DNA from: Girardia tigrina
Taxonomy: Eukaryota
Assembly (NCBI GenBank): GCA_001938485.1
Contig: MQRK01232526.1
Coordinates: forward strand, 8,973-60,472
Reading direction: 5' to 3'
Length of the DNA stretch: 51,500 nt
The translations under genes were made by a program, and so were the position numbers. Of the stretch, positions 10,440-23,932 are shown piece by piece. The notes below the pieces were generated by a model, which saw only the letters and a list, made by a program, of their open reading frames with translations, had not been told where the DNA came from and did not search any database. The stretch's first letter is position 1. Each line of letters begins with the position of its first letter.

Positions 10440-13181
10440 TTTAATATTTTAATAAATTCTAGAGTATATACGAAAACCAAATAAATCAGTATTTTATTGT
10501 ATCCTAATTATTTTATTTTTTATTATTCATTTTATATTAATTGAAGAAATTTATTATTGAGACTGTTTTACGTTTCTCATTTTGAATTAGTTATAGAGTG
10601 TCATTAGCAATGATTCACTACACAAACTGTCATAATGTGAATCAAAATGGGGTCCTATATTCGCAGCATTTGCTGCGATCAACAAACTAACTCGATCTAT
10701 TCGACTATGAGTGTTCATTAATTCGTGTTGATTTAGTGAAACATTTTTGAATTGTACCAATTAGTTTAGGATTCAACAATGATACGACAGTTGCACCTCA
10801 CAAAAATACATTAAAGTGCTCTCCTTAATCGGTCGGTCCTTTCGTCCCCCTATTCTTCTCAGTCGGACAACTATTTCGAGTTTGGAACTCAAAATATCGA
10901 CTCAGAATTGATTTGAATTGTTGCCATCGATTCAGAGTCAAGATCCAGAAATTGGTACAGTCCTATCGATTATGAAATCTGAGTTTCGATGGAACTCTAA
11001 TATGAAATAAATAATATATAAAAAAAAGATTTTTAAAAACCACGTTTTTATTCACACTAAAAAGACTAATATGCTTCCACGTTCAAGTGATGATGCTACT
11101 ATCGTTGTAGTAACAGAGACCCTCAAAAATCTAAATACATCTCATGAATATCAGATCTACCGCTTAAGTTTATACATTTCACTGGAGTGGTTTATTGTAC
11201 ATAACGATATTTATAAGGATTTTACCATAACTAAATCAGTGAAAACTGCTCCACATTTTTAGTTATGAGTTTAAATGGCCTGATAAATGTTAATGGATTT
11301 GTAAGCCAACTTAAATATACAAGTCAATAAATAACCAAATATTTCTTTAAATACTTAAAATATTTCTTTAAATACTTTAAATATTTCAAATAATTACAAA
11401 ACGGAAGGAGAACCATGAAAGTTTAACTTCAGTGATGTCACTAAAAAGGAGATAGAAAATTCGAGGAAGATTTACTATAAAAAATAACTATGGATAACTA
11501 AAGTAAATGTTATGATCTCAGGACGAGGACCGCCCTGTAGTTTCAATATTGATTAATTAAATTTTATTTACCAAGAAATTGGTCTGAAGGTAACGAATTA
11601 TTGGTATAATCACTCGTATTATGGAGGAATTTTTTCTTTTGATGGTTATAATTTTCTTTGTTCATCAGGTTTTGCTAATTTGACAATGAGTTTCTGTCTA
11701 ACTAAGATTGGTGAATAATCCAAAGCATTTAGTTGCCAAAATTATCCAAGAATTATTAGTTGTTGAATTCCAGTTGGCAATTTATTTATCAATTATTTTA
11801 TCAATATATTGCATATAACATATTAAAATATAATGGATTATTTAATATATCTATGCTTGGTTTTTCGATTTTTCGGTATGTTTAATATTATTATTATTAA
11901 TGTTTTTTTATTATAACTATTATTCTTTCAAAAAAATCTTTTAAAATAATAATTTTTAATAAATAACACAAGAATAATATATTTATTAATCAAAAAAATA
12001 TTATTTTTCAATATGCAGTCTGCAAAAACGACCGAATATAACGATAATACGCTCGCAAGTAGGAATTTCTTCTTGATACTTCGGTATGTTGCAAACTTTT
12101 GAGAGTATCCATACCTTCTGTTTTGGTTATGTTCAGGATACACTCAGTTTTGTGAGTCTAGACCGAATGGTGGAATTGAATTTGTCTATTTTTACTGGTG
12201 GCCATGGTTACAGTCATATTTCTTCCCCGTTTAGTAGTGGAATAATTATATATGTAAAAATGTTGGTTATTTGTAACTGCAAAGGTTATAAGCATTTGCA
12301 AAACAATTATGTGCGTTTATCGCTGTGTGCATGACAATGATTTGTTGCATACAATCAATGTATGCTTGTTTTCTCACCTCTATAATATAAGGGTTATAAT
12401 CATTTGCAATGGTTATATCTAATTGAGAAAAGTGATAATATTATGATTTCACAGAAGGGATTTTTTTCTGATTTTAAGTCACTTAAGGTATTTTTTCATT
12501 TAATTGAATACAAAATAATGTATATTTAAATGATTTACATATTTATACATATTTTCTCGTAGTTTTTATAGATTTTTAGCAATTGGTTATAACCAATTGC
12601 AAAAAGGTTATGACAAAATGAAAATAGGTGTAATCTTGTAAACACAAATTTATTATTTTTGAAAAATAATTTTGTAAAAACTTTTTTAAAAAAATTAATA
12701 ATTGTTTAACATTTCCGAGTCATTTGTATAAATTTCCAAACCGTGTTTCGGAAATTATTTCTGTTATTTGTTGAACTGATTTGCGCTAGTACGAGTTTTT
12801 ACACCCTTTTGCAATTAAATATATAAAACAGATTAGATTGCAATCTACAAATCGTTTTCGATTTATTCAAGAGGAAGCTTTAAACTTAGAATATTATTGA
12901 AACCAATATTTTTGAAAAACCAAAAACTAAATGTACACAAAACAGATTTGTAACGAAATATTCGATTTCATAGTTATTTGGTGAAAAAGTTCAGAAATAA
13001 ATATTACCAAAGAAAAGATTTTCAAAAAACGTTCGGCCTGCTAAAAACATATGGTGAACAACGGAATTGAAATTTATTTTATAGTAATATCAATCCAGAA
13101 CCTTTAAAGCGATGAGTATCAATGTATTTTAGGCTTGTTATAAAAAAACATTGTTATTATAAACATTGTTATAAAAAACAA

Positions 13182-13758
13182 AAAGAAAATTTGGAAATAA
13201 TTTTTAAAATTTTTGTTATTTACTTTAATTTTAATATATAGTGTATTATCGAATTTAAATTTCATTTAATGTGTAGCGTATTAAATTTATCAAAAATGTA
13301 AAATAATATGGAATTAAATGTCATGCTTTATAATTGTTTAAATAAACTATTGTTATTATGAAATAAACGATTTATCTCAAATCTTCGCTTCTAAAATAAA
13401 ACCGATTAATCCCGTCTTTATCAATGACCGAATTTTCATCAAAACGATCAACAACGAAACCATTTTTTCGAATCTATCATCGTTTGGAAGTCGCGTACAA
13501 AGATCACCGATTTTGCGAATCACGAGCCCGTCGTCCTGACGAATTTACAATATTTTTTTGTGAGATAAATTGTTTATTTCATAATAACAATAGTTTATTT
13601 AAATAATTATAAAGCATGACATTTAATTCCATATTATTTTACATTTTTGATAAATTTAATACGCTACACATAATATGAAATTTAAATTCGATAATACACT
13701 ATATATTAAAATTAAATTAAATAACAAAAATGTAAAAAATTATTTCCAAATTTTCTTT
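13182..13758. mobile_element. Foldback/MITE-like element with about 200-bp inverted arms
   Basis: 13182-13379 is a near-perfect reverse complement of 13561-13758; 180-bp CpG-richer spacer; TSD not resolved. Confidence 0.8.
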
Positions 13759-15230
13759 GTTGTAAAAACATAAATTCATTTAATCAACAAGAGGAGATTT
13801 GATAATAATAAAAAGTACAATTATTTTTTAATTGTGATACAAAACGAACATTAAATAAGAAACATCGACAACAAAATTGTTCATGAAAAATTTAGTTTTT
13901 CTTGTTCAACAAATTAAAAAAAAAACGATAATGTGGTGGCACACAACAAACATGTATTATCCTACTGCCTTATTCATTGGATACTTCCGCTGGTAATTTA
14001 TAATTATTAATTTTTATAAAAATATCATTAAAAATAAGTCTTATTTATTTATAAATAGAAATGTAACATTTGTTTTTCTATTAATATTTCAAAAACAAAA
14101 CATTATCAAAATTTAATAAGTTTCATTCATTATTTTTTATCGTACAAAACAAAGCTAATTTTACAAAGAAAGATATATGATTTATTAATATTTTATATAA
14201 ATCGGCTGAGAATATAACATGCCTCTTTTCCCTTAAATTTACATTTCATTGAGTAATTATTCTAATAAAATTTGTTTTTAATTTCTTTTTTCATCAATTT
14301 ATTTAAGTATATTTTTTTGTTCTGACTTTGCATTCAAAGAAAATATTTTTTATCAACGAACAAAGATAAGACAGTTATCGAAGGTATAATACACGAGACA
14401 TCCTCTTCAAAACTGCCTTGTTTCACCTCAGAACGAAGCGAGTAGATCCTCCAGATTGATTAGATCAACTTCTTATAGATCTAACAGATGTTTGATAATA
14501 TCTTATCAAGCTCTAATTTAAGTATGAACCCTGTGTCATAATGTAATTATTATCATTTTCCTTTTTATCTGGTTGACCAAATAGATTGCAAAGCATGTTA
14601 TTCTTTCTTTGGTAAGGTCAATAGGCAAAAGAATACTTAACATTGGCTACTGAGCACGTCAATAAAGCGTCTAACAAGAATGCTAAAGATACCGTGGAGA
14701 CGAAAGGTTTATCGGGGACTGAAAAATTCTTCAGTACCATAATATAGATAGGAGATCTCCATTGTAAAAACAAACTGTCATCTTAATATTAGAAAAGCTC
14801 AACACATCCAACCGCGTGGATATTGATCAATTTTTGATCACATTTAAAAATGTTAAAAACCACAACTAACTTAATTATCGGATACAATTTACAATTTTAA
14901 AAACAATTTTGACACATCACAAAAAGATATTTTTTGAATAAAGCATTTAATACTATGCTTAAATATCCCAAATTACCAAAACATTTAAAAGTATTTTAAA
15001 TTGGTAAATTGCATATGATTTCAACATGATTTTTAAATGACATATGAATTATTTCAAATTCTAAACATTCTTCACGATTGATTATGTTTTAAAGGTTACA
15101 CATGTTTCTTACAATAAAACATTTGACAAAAAGTAATCTATTACGAGGGCATAATAATAAAGTCTAGAAAATTATTTTTTTCATAAAAATAATTATATAA
15201 AAAAAAATAATAAATAAAAGGATGCTTTAC

Positions 15231-15737
15231 CCACTCCTGGGGTATCCTCGGGGATGGAGCACAATCGATGTTCCATTCCTCTGGACATTCCCGGAGTCGG
15301 GCATATTCTTGTTACCTGTTTTGTTGTTCCATTTTTTTTGAAAAATAAAATATTTTTAAAAAAATGAAATGAAAATTCTTTAGGCCAACTGGCCTATGAG
15401 TCTATCCTCCAATAGGAAGGATAGACATTGTCCCTTGGCTAAATTAGCCCGTTAAGGGCAGAAAATAAAATTATGAGGCTTTAGCCCATTAATTATTTTT
15501 GGGGAAAATTAATCCCCTGATGTTTTGATGTATTGCGGTGATTAATCTGACGTTAATGGGCATTGGTCTCCCATTAACGTCAGTTTGGCAGTAAATTTAT
15601 GGGCTTTTGCCCGATTTCAAAAAAATTTTAATTAAAAATAAAAATATATTTTTTTTATTTATAATTAATTTTATATATATATATATATATTTTTTTAGCC
15701 CAACAGTATATAAGGGCAAAAGAATCTTTTAGATTCA
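15231..15737. other. Cluster of about nine hairpins; possible structured 5' end of a non-LTR retrotransposon on the minus strand
   Basis: Stems include ctgacgttaatggg/cccattaacgtcag (14 bp), gtctatcct/aggatagac, taggcc/ggccta, gggc/gccc and a long hairpin at 15231-15300. Confidence 0.55.
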
Positions 15738-15749
15738 CACAAAAAAATT

Positions 15750-16927
15750 ATAACCAAATCTCGATAATTTTCGGAGAAACAATTTGGAAGAATTCAATTT
15801 CTTTTACAAAAAATAATTATTTGGAAGATCAAAAATAACCTGAAATAGGAGAAGGAATCAGACTCTTTGAGAAATAATTAACATTTGATCGCAACTGAGC
15901 TGGAGTAACCTGGAATAGGTGAAGCTCTTTTGTGCATTTTAATTTCGAGAATCTCGCCTCCAATCAATAGTTAAATTGTACAAGTTGTTGTTAAANCAAT
16001 TGTATTTGTTTGAATCAATAAAGATTTTCAAAGAATTTTGTGTTGAACAAAGTTATTTTCGAGCCCAAATTTTAATCTGAGAATTCGGTAGCGGTGAACA
16101 CCACCAAAAATCCTTCTGATAAATTTAAATTTTCGTTGGCTTTGTGCTAAACTCCCAACAATAGTAAGGGCTTTAATGCTTGATATTAAATTGTCAAAGT
16201 ATTTATAATATGATTTGATCATAAGAGCACAATATTGTAGTAAATGAGCTAGACACTAATATAAAAAGTATTTGGGGATAGAATTTTGATAGTTTCACCT
16301 GCTTTGGTCATGTATCGAGCTGCATCGGTGCTTCATATACTGCTAATATTGATTGATTTTGAGGTCTGAGCAAGTTGTTATGCTTTAGACTGTTTCTGTG
16401 GGAACCAACAAAAATGTTTTCGCTATTCAAAATACACTACACACAGTTAAGCTGATCCATAAAAGTTGTAAATTCGTCTGGATATCTACGAACTATTTCT
16501 TTGACTTTGCTAATGTAGCTACATTTAGTCTTGGACATTTTAAAAACTGCATGAAATATAGAAATTAAAATATAAAAAACAGAATTACTTTTTATCTGGC
16601 AATTTGGAATAAATTTTAAATTATTCAATTTTTTATTTAAATTAAAAAAAATGTATTTGAAAATGATAAATTATCAATCTTAGACCAGTTTTTTTTGTAA
16701 ATTTGAATTTTGTCTTTTTGCCAAAATACCATAATTATCATTTATTAGATTAAACAAATTTAACTTGCACAAAATATTTTTGACTTTCTTGACTTATTAA
16801 AGGAAATTTTGACTTAATTGACCTAAAACATGTCAAATTCATTAAAAGTGCATTTTTAGGTTTTTCAGATAATTCTATTTTTAATTTTGACTTTATGGAA
16901 AAAAATTGCCTTAATGATTCATTGCTA
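15750..16927 (-). mobile_element. Decayed hAT transposon (CGGBP1/DUF659-like transposase)
   Basis: MSKTK...YPDEF...LNCV*C...FVGSHRNSLKH zinc-finger-like start, then TDAARYMTKAG...AHLLQYCA...DNLISSIKALT; ttgac(t/c) subterminal repeats at 16780-16895; boundaries approximate. Confidence 0.65.
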
Positions 16928-16949
16928 AAACTATTAATTTAATACTTAC

Positions 16950-17030
16950 CATATCCGCGGTGGTAGCAATGGCCCACGACGTCGAGCTCAATTACCGCGA
17001 CCAATAAAGCTAGACTTAATTGTTTTGCTC
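16950..17030 (-). other. Candidate 81-nt symmetric (phase 1-1) exon, GAKQLSLALLVAVIELDVVGHCYHRGYG
   Basis: GC-rich island bounded by AG and a consensus donor G|GTAAGTA; only one frame is open. Confidence 0.3.
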
Positions 17031-18319
17031 CTATTTATTATATAAATAATATCAAAATTAAAAAGCTACGTAGTTCAATAAAGCTTTATTTGAGTCTGTC
17101 AGAAATATTTTTTATAATAATCTTAATTTTATATCAAGTCCAAAAATCTCATTCAAAGTAAGAAAATTGTTATTAAATAAAAAAAACTCTGTATAATGTG
17201 TAAATATATGAGGATTCAGAATTCTGAATAAATATTTATGACAATTCTAATAAATAAACAAAAAAAAACTTCATCAAAATATCCATCTAGGAATTTTATT
17301 ATAATTTCAGAAAATAATAAAATTATAATATATGTTTACTATGTAACTACTATTAAATTTTTATTTATTATTTTTTTACATTTATTGATTTATTTTACTG
17401 AAAATAATTTTATTTCCGAATTTATTTCCTGTCTAAAAATACCAGATGTTTTTATATTGGAAAGAAAAATTAACATGTTAACTTATGTTAGAAATTTTTA
17501 TTAATTTTATCATTTAGAAAAAGAATTTTTAATTAATATTAAGAACACCAACATGGGTTTTCGAACTTTTATTTTCAATACAATTAGAATTGTCTTTTGG
17601 GCAACTCTCAGCAAAACTCTCGTCATTCGACATCGTTCTAAATTGATAACTTTTAGTTAATGTTTTTTAATAAACAATTATTCGAACAAGTTTTTCATTA
17701 TTTTCAGATTTTATTTTTAAAGTTCAAATTTTGTAATTTTAGTAATAATTTTATTTAAAAAATTATTTTATGTAAAGAAAGAATATTTATTTAATTTAGA
17801 ACTTATTTAAAAGCTATTTACTTTATTTAAATTTTAAATATGAAAATTTGAAACGATTTGATATTTTTAAAGTTTTTTAAATATCTTATGCTGTACTTTA
17901 AAATATAAATTATACTCGAATAATTATTTATCGTGAACATCTAAAATATCAATTTTCCATCTGGGTGGGAGAAACACATTTCCAAATACTAAACTCAACA
18001 TACAAAATTCAACAAACCAATTTCAACATACCAAATTTAAAATATTCCTCACAATTAATATTACTTTTGTTAAAAAATATAATAAAATTGAAGTAAGTTT
18101 TTTTTTCGAAATTTACGCTTTGACATTGCTGACATTCATTGTGTCATTTAACGCATTTACGATTATACCTCTCTCTATTTTGATGATTGCCTCTCAATGT
18201 TCCTCTAAACTACCTTGATTCTTTCACGTTTAAATTGAACTATCCATTTGAAGACCATTTTGGAGGCACAATTTATGCCATAAATATCTTGTAATTCTTT
18301 GTAAATTAACCACACTTTT

Positions 18320-18900
18320 CCTACCATTACATTTACTCACACGGATATTTGCTGACATGGATATTGCTTACATTTTGTACATTTTTTAAGTTAATCAAAC
18401 TTTCAAATTTTGTAAAAAAATATTTGTTAATTTTATTTCTATTAATTAAAATTGAATTGAAGAAAAGAAATTATATTACATTAATTTCTATTAAAATAGT
18501 TTTAATTAAAAATTTTTATTGAAAAAACTTTTGTTAAAAGTAATTTCCTATGGAAAAATATTTTATCGCAAATTAATTCATGAAAAAAAACTTCACAAAA
18601 TATGTACATTTATTGAATTAATTTATTGATTAAATTACAAGTGTAGATTTTACAAAAAGCTCTGCCCTATAATAAACTAAAAATATTGGGATGGCACGAA
18701 GAAATATTGCTCAAAATTTATTGTTTATTTTAATTTTTTGTTATTAGATAACGTTTTATATTTAAAATATTGTGTACATGTACCCGTGTAAGCAAATGTC
18801 CCTGAGAGCACATGTCACGTGAGGAAGCGCCCGTATGAGTAAATGTCACGAGAGGACACGTTCGTGTACCGAAATGTCATGTGAAAAAACGTCCGGGAAC
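18320..18900. mobile_element. Degenerate MULE-type non-autonomous element
   Basis: About 15-bp subterminal tandem repeats (a/c)atgtc(a/c)cgtgag at 18775-18895 ending ccgggaacc; decayed inverted counterpart at 18320-18380. Confidence 0.45.
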
Positions 18901-19154
18901 CGATAATTCTGTGGCTGTCTATCTTTCGTAGCATAAGAAACTTGATGACACTACTAATTGGGATTTGAGAAAATGAGACGATGTATGAAATCTTAGTTCC
19001 TTACTTGTAAAACAAATACCCAAAATATTATATTTAAACAAATTAGATTCTCTTTTCCTATATATTTTGCAATTTAACAATAAGAAAATTCATTAAAATA
19101 TTGCATCTTTCAGGTATATACAGGGTACTTAATAGTCCAACCACGTGTGTTCTT

Positions 19155-20695
19155 TAGGCGTGGGCACGTTTTAAAATTTTCTAAACGTTTAAACGATCTT
19201 CGTTTAGAAAACGTTTAAACGATTTCTAACTTGATTATACGAAGAAATTAGTTTGCATTTTGAGGGAACTCACACAATATTTACAACACAAAATTAGGAT
19301 TATCTTTCACTCAATCTGAATAAACTTTAATAACATATATGCATTTAAGACGTTTAATACGAATGTAAATTATTTTCAATTTCCATGAAAATTTCCTAGA
19401 AAAACGAAGCGCGAAGGAAATAAGAATATTACATAAAACATCGATCTATAGAAAGCTAGTGTGGTGAAGCTTTACAAGGGTATTTACTACCGATATATTT
19501 GGTGTTAGTACTAATAATTTTTGTTTACCAAAAATAAACAAGCATAATATATTAAACATAAATTTGAGTATTTAACATAAATTAGTTCAGATAATAATAT
19601 ATATCAAGCATCTAGCATAATCACAAATCAACACTCAAATTAACATTGAAAAAAATCATCAATTGTTTTTATTAACGAATTCTTCCTCCATAAATTTCTA
19701 CGTTTTACTGATGCAACCGGTTCCATCTTACTTTTTGCGAAATTGAAAAGCCATTACTCAGCTTGATTTAATAATTATACACTTATTAAATTTAACTGTT
19801 TAATAAATTGAATCGCAATATTGTTTTATTATTACCATTCAAAATTCTGTTTCAAGGAAAATAGTATCAAAGATTCAAATAATAAAAATAATTCAATCAT
19901 CAAAAAGATAAAATTCGCAGTATAATTTTATATATTATAACAAATATATTTTTATATACGAGGGGCGTTCCGAAAGTAAGTGGAAATACTTATATGCGGG
20001 TGTTCGCGTGTGTGTGCATCTTACAGAGGGACAGATGGCGTGGTGGCGTGATGTACTTACCAGCAAATAGAAATCGAGCAAAAGTGGCATTGGTCCGTGC
20101 AACATGTGAGCAGCATAGAAGAAACTGTCATAGTCAGTGTTTTCATTTTTGTTTAACACATGGAAGACACAGTACGTTCTCAGCGTGCCATCATCTTTTT
20201 CCTTTGGAAAGAGGATACTCCAGTGTCTGACATTGTGCGCCGCTTATCAAATGTGTTTCAAGGAAGAGCCCTGCAAAAGTCTGCCGTCTACAATTGGGTG
20301 TATCAATTCGAAATGGACGTGAATCCTTGGACGACGCGGACAGGAGTGGACGTCCAGCAACGACGAGCACGGTAGAAAATGTGGAAAAAGTGTCTGAGAC
20401 CATCAATGCAAATCGCTGCCTTACCTGCCTTGACAGATGAGGATGATGAATGACATTGTATTCCATCAATAAATGCTTTCTTGTGGTGTCGTCTCCCTTT
20501 TTTCCACTTACTTTCGGAACGCCCCTCGTACGTAAAACCAATCATAAAATTTCAAAAAAAGTATAACCCATGTCGTGAGTTTTGAAATACGAAATTAATA
20601 ATTATACGCTCGTTTAGAAATCGCTAAACGTTTAAACGCCCTAAAAAACTAAAAAGTTTAAACGGTCGTTTAAACGCTAAACGTGCCCACCTCTA
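19155..20695. mobile_element. Non-autonomous hAT element containing a nested mariner
   Basis: TIRs tag(gc/ag)gtgggcacgttt; 8-bp TSD gtgttctt/gtattctt; subterminal aaacg/cgttt repeats. Confidence 0.85.
19959..20528 (+). mobile_element. Internally deleted mariner element (570 bp)
   Basis: Perfect 28-bp TIR cgaggggcgttccgaaagtaagtggaaa with TA TSD; ORF at 20160 encodes a mariner N-terminal HTH (QRAIIFFLWKE...IVRRLSNVF...VYNWVYQF). Confidence 0.92.
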
Positions 20696-21119
20696 GTATT
20701 CTTGGTGTATGCTTTATTCGATCTTTCTGGAATGTGGGCAATACACAATGTACCAAAACCAGTTTAATAATAAAAATAATTTATATAAAATTAAGAAATT
20801 TAATACCATTTTAAATTTATTTTCCAATTATTAAATTTAAAATAACATTTCTAATAACATTCATAAAAATAAATAATTATTATGTTAAAAAACTTTATTC
20901 AGGTACGATTGCTAAAATAATGGATTCTTTATCTATATGTTCAAAATTGTACTCTTTATAAATAATACCTCTTCTCAATTTTCTTTCAATTACTTCACGA
21001 TAATTCTTTCTATAACTCGAGGATAATTCTTTTAGATATAACAGTAATTACATCTTTTCGTTGGATTTGAAATTTTAAAAAGAGTGATATTTTAAAAAGG
21101 TTTGAAGTAATTGAATATC

Positions 21120-21725
21120 TTGAAACCAGCAAAAAAGCAAAATGAGGGTTTTAGGAAGCTCTAACAATGAGGTTAAACCGGGGTTTAACATTGAAGTGAA
21201 TAATCTTAAAGAAGTTAAGAGATTTTAATATTCAAACTCTTCTATAACTGAGAATAGAGAGACGGAAGTAGAAACACAAAGCAAGATTTGTATTGCCGCA
21301 AATTGAATGAAGGCAACGTGGATAAAGCTTAGCACAGCTTTTAACGTCAAAGAAATTAACCTCAAGAGCAAAATATTCAATTATCGATGAATGAATTAGA
21401 CACTAAATCAGAAGTGCATAGATAAACCAAAAGAGTTTGTGATACAGGGAATGCTGAAAATTACATAGAAAGAATAAAGAAACAAATTTGTCTAAAATAG
21501 AGTGACAGAAATACTAAGTAATAGACCTGAATCAATTAAGGAGACCTTAAAGGGAAAGAGCTGAAATTCTATGGGCATAAGAAAAGAAAACAAGCACTAG
21601 CGAAGATTATGATTGAAGGGAGAGTGGAAGGCTTGAAAATTGCCGCTACAAATAAATTGCAGCGGTGAAGGCTTATACATAATTGGGTGCACCAAGGTCC
21701 GACGGCTAAGCTACAAAAGAAAAGA
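21120..21725 (+). mobile_element. 5'-truncated, decayed RTE-clade LINE 3' end
   Basis: Remnants NLKEVKRF...KATWIKLSTAFNVKEINLKSK...MLKIT*...ELKFYGHKKRKQALAKIMIEGRVEG, a short 3' UTR and an (AAAAG)n tail. Confidence 0.8.
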
Positions 21726-22144
21726 ATTTTAACCACTATTTCTTTTTTATCAATAATCAGATAATAATAAACAATAGGTTCTTAATGAAATTGATCATAC
21801 AATAAAATTAATAATCATAAATAATGAGGATAAGTGCGGATGATAATTTATTTTACACTCTAGTCCTTTCTTTTTTTCTAGACTTTTTTTAATATATTTT
21901 ATTAATATAATGTGAACTTATTAATTATTAAAATATTATATAAAATATGAATAAGATTTAATTTAATAACGAAAATATAAATATTTTATATAGTAAACTA
22001 ACTTCGTATTGTTTTTTTACAAAAAAAATATTTCTGAACTAATAATATAATAAAGTAGCAGCAGTAGCAGTTATAAAAATCATTAGTCGAAAAATAAAAA
22101 TATTCAAAGATTATTAATAAAACTTATTTCCTACTAATTAATTA

Positions 22145-23344
22145 TTAGGGGTACCAAAATGTTATGTCGTTTTTTATTGATTTTTAGAAACAAAAATAAA
22201 ACCATATAAAACATTTATTTAATCAGAAAAATAGTCCCCATCGCAATTGATGACCTTTTCCCAACGTGATATAAGNNNNNNNNNNNNNNNNNNNNNNNNN
22301 NNNNNNNNNNNNNNNNNNNNNNNNNNNNNNNNNNNNNNNNNNNNNNNNNNNNNNNNNNNNNNNNNNNNNNNNNNNNNNNNNNNNNNNNNNNNNNNNNNNN
22401 NNNNNNNNNNNNNNNNNNNNNNNNNNNNNNNNNNNNNNNNNNNNNNNNNNNNNNNNNNNNNNNNNNNNNNNNNNNNNNNNNNNNNNNNNNNNNNNNNNNN
22501 NNNNNNNNNNNNNNNNNNNNNNNNNNNNNNNNNNNNNNNNNNNNNNNNNNNNNNNNNNNNNNNNNNNNNNNNNNNNNNNNNNNNNNNNNNNNNNNNNNNN
22601 NNNNNNNNNNNNNNNNNNNNNNNNNNNNNNNNNNNNNNNNNNNNNNNNNNNNNNNNNNNNNNNNNNNNNNNNNNNNNNNNNNNNNNNNNNNNNNNNNNNN
22701 NNNNNNNNNNNNNNNNNNNNNNNNNNNNNNNNNNNNNNNNNNNNNNNNNNNNNNNNNNNNNNNNNNNNNNNNNNNNNNNNNNNNNNNNNNNNNNNNNNNN
22801 NNNNNNNNNNNNNNNNNNNNNNNNNNNNNNNNNNNNNNNNNNNNNNNNNNNNNNNNNNNNNNNNNNNNNNNNNNNNNNNNNNNNNNNNNNNNNNNNNNNN
22901 NNNNNNNNNNNNNNNNNNNNNNNNNNNNNNNNNNNNNNNNNNNNNNNNNNNNNNNNNNNNNNNNNNNNNNNNNNNNNNNNNNNNNNNNNNNNNNNNNNNN
23001 NNNNNNNNNNNNNNNNNNNNNNNNNNNNNNNNNNNNNNNNNNNNNNNNNNNNNNNNNNNNNNNNNNNNNNNNNNNNNNNNNNNNNNNNNNNNNNNNNNNN
23101 NNNNNNNNNNNNNNNNNNNNNNNNNNNNNNNNNNNNNNNNNNNNNNNNNNNNNNNNNNNNNNNNNNNNNNNNNNNNNNNNNNNNNNNNNNNNNNNNNNNN
23201 NNNNNNNNNNNNNNNNNNNNNNNNNNNNNNNNNACTAACTGAAATTAATAAATAAAAATGGTAGAGTCAAAATAATGTAGGCGGCAGTTAAACGATTTAG
23301 AAAAATATATAAAAAAAAACGACATAACATTTGGGTACCCCTAA
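22145..23344 (-). mobile_element. Mariner element, interior lost in an assembly gap
   Basis: TIRs ttaggggtacc(a/c)aaatgttatgtcgttttt with TA TSD; visible C-terminus LISRWEKVINCDGDYFSD*. Confidence 0.88.
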
Positions 23345-23485
23345 TATTAATTTTAATTTCTCTTATTTTTTTCCATTTTCATTGCTTTGTAAACCAATAT
23401 AAAATACTTTTAAAATTATTTTTAAGGAAGAAATAAGGAACCATATTTGTGATTCATTCATGTTGCCTGTGGCCAGCATCTAGAT

Positions 23486-23932
23486 CAAGGGTGCGCAAAC
23501 TTTTTGTCGTTGACGGCCACAAAGCAATAAGTCTTCTGGTACCAAGGTCGAATGAATTTCGAAGTGATTATTGCATCTATTAGTTTTTTTCACTTACGGC
23601 CTATGCCTTAATTCTAATTTATCTATGATAAGGTATGTACTAACTCCACTCATCTATGGGCATATAGTGATTTACGTGTATAATAATTAAATACAACATA
23701 TAAGTATGTAGTAACAAGATGAGACTTGGTAAAAGACTTTATTAGTTGATACCAGCCTTGCATGGGTTAACATGCACGAGTATTTAAGTTATGGCCGCTT
23801 TCTAGATTAAAATTTATTGTTTAAAATTTAATTAATGTTTAAAATTTAATTTAATGATTAAATTCATACACTTCTCCACGGCCGTACAACGTTCCTCACT
23901 CGGCCGTACGGCCGGAAGGTTGCGCACCTCTG
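23486..23932. mobile_element. hAT (Charlie/Buster-type) MITE, 447 bp
   Basis: TIRs ca(ag/ga)ggtgcgcaa; perfect 8-bp TSD ATCTAGAT at 23478-23485 and 23933-23940. Confidence 0.9.

Noticed and set aside
11320-12630. CAC...GTG-type transposon with ggttata/ttgcaa subterminal motifs
   Set aside because: Only one candidate end and no recognisable transposase.
15142-15185. Mariner element starting tacgaggg
   Set aside because: Orphan TIR-like word with no partner or transposase.
16942-17010. U1 snRNA (ATACTTACC)
   Set aside because: Only 9 nt match, with no U1 stem-loops or Sm site; better read as a minus-strand splice donor.
18775-18900. CRISPR-like or regulatory repeat array
   Set aside because: No unique spacers and eukaryotic context; fits MULE subterminal repeats.
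22247-23242. Long ORFs made of X (also 35802-36374, 44199-44633, 49522-49800)
   Set aside because: Artefacts of N gaps and (TA)n.
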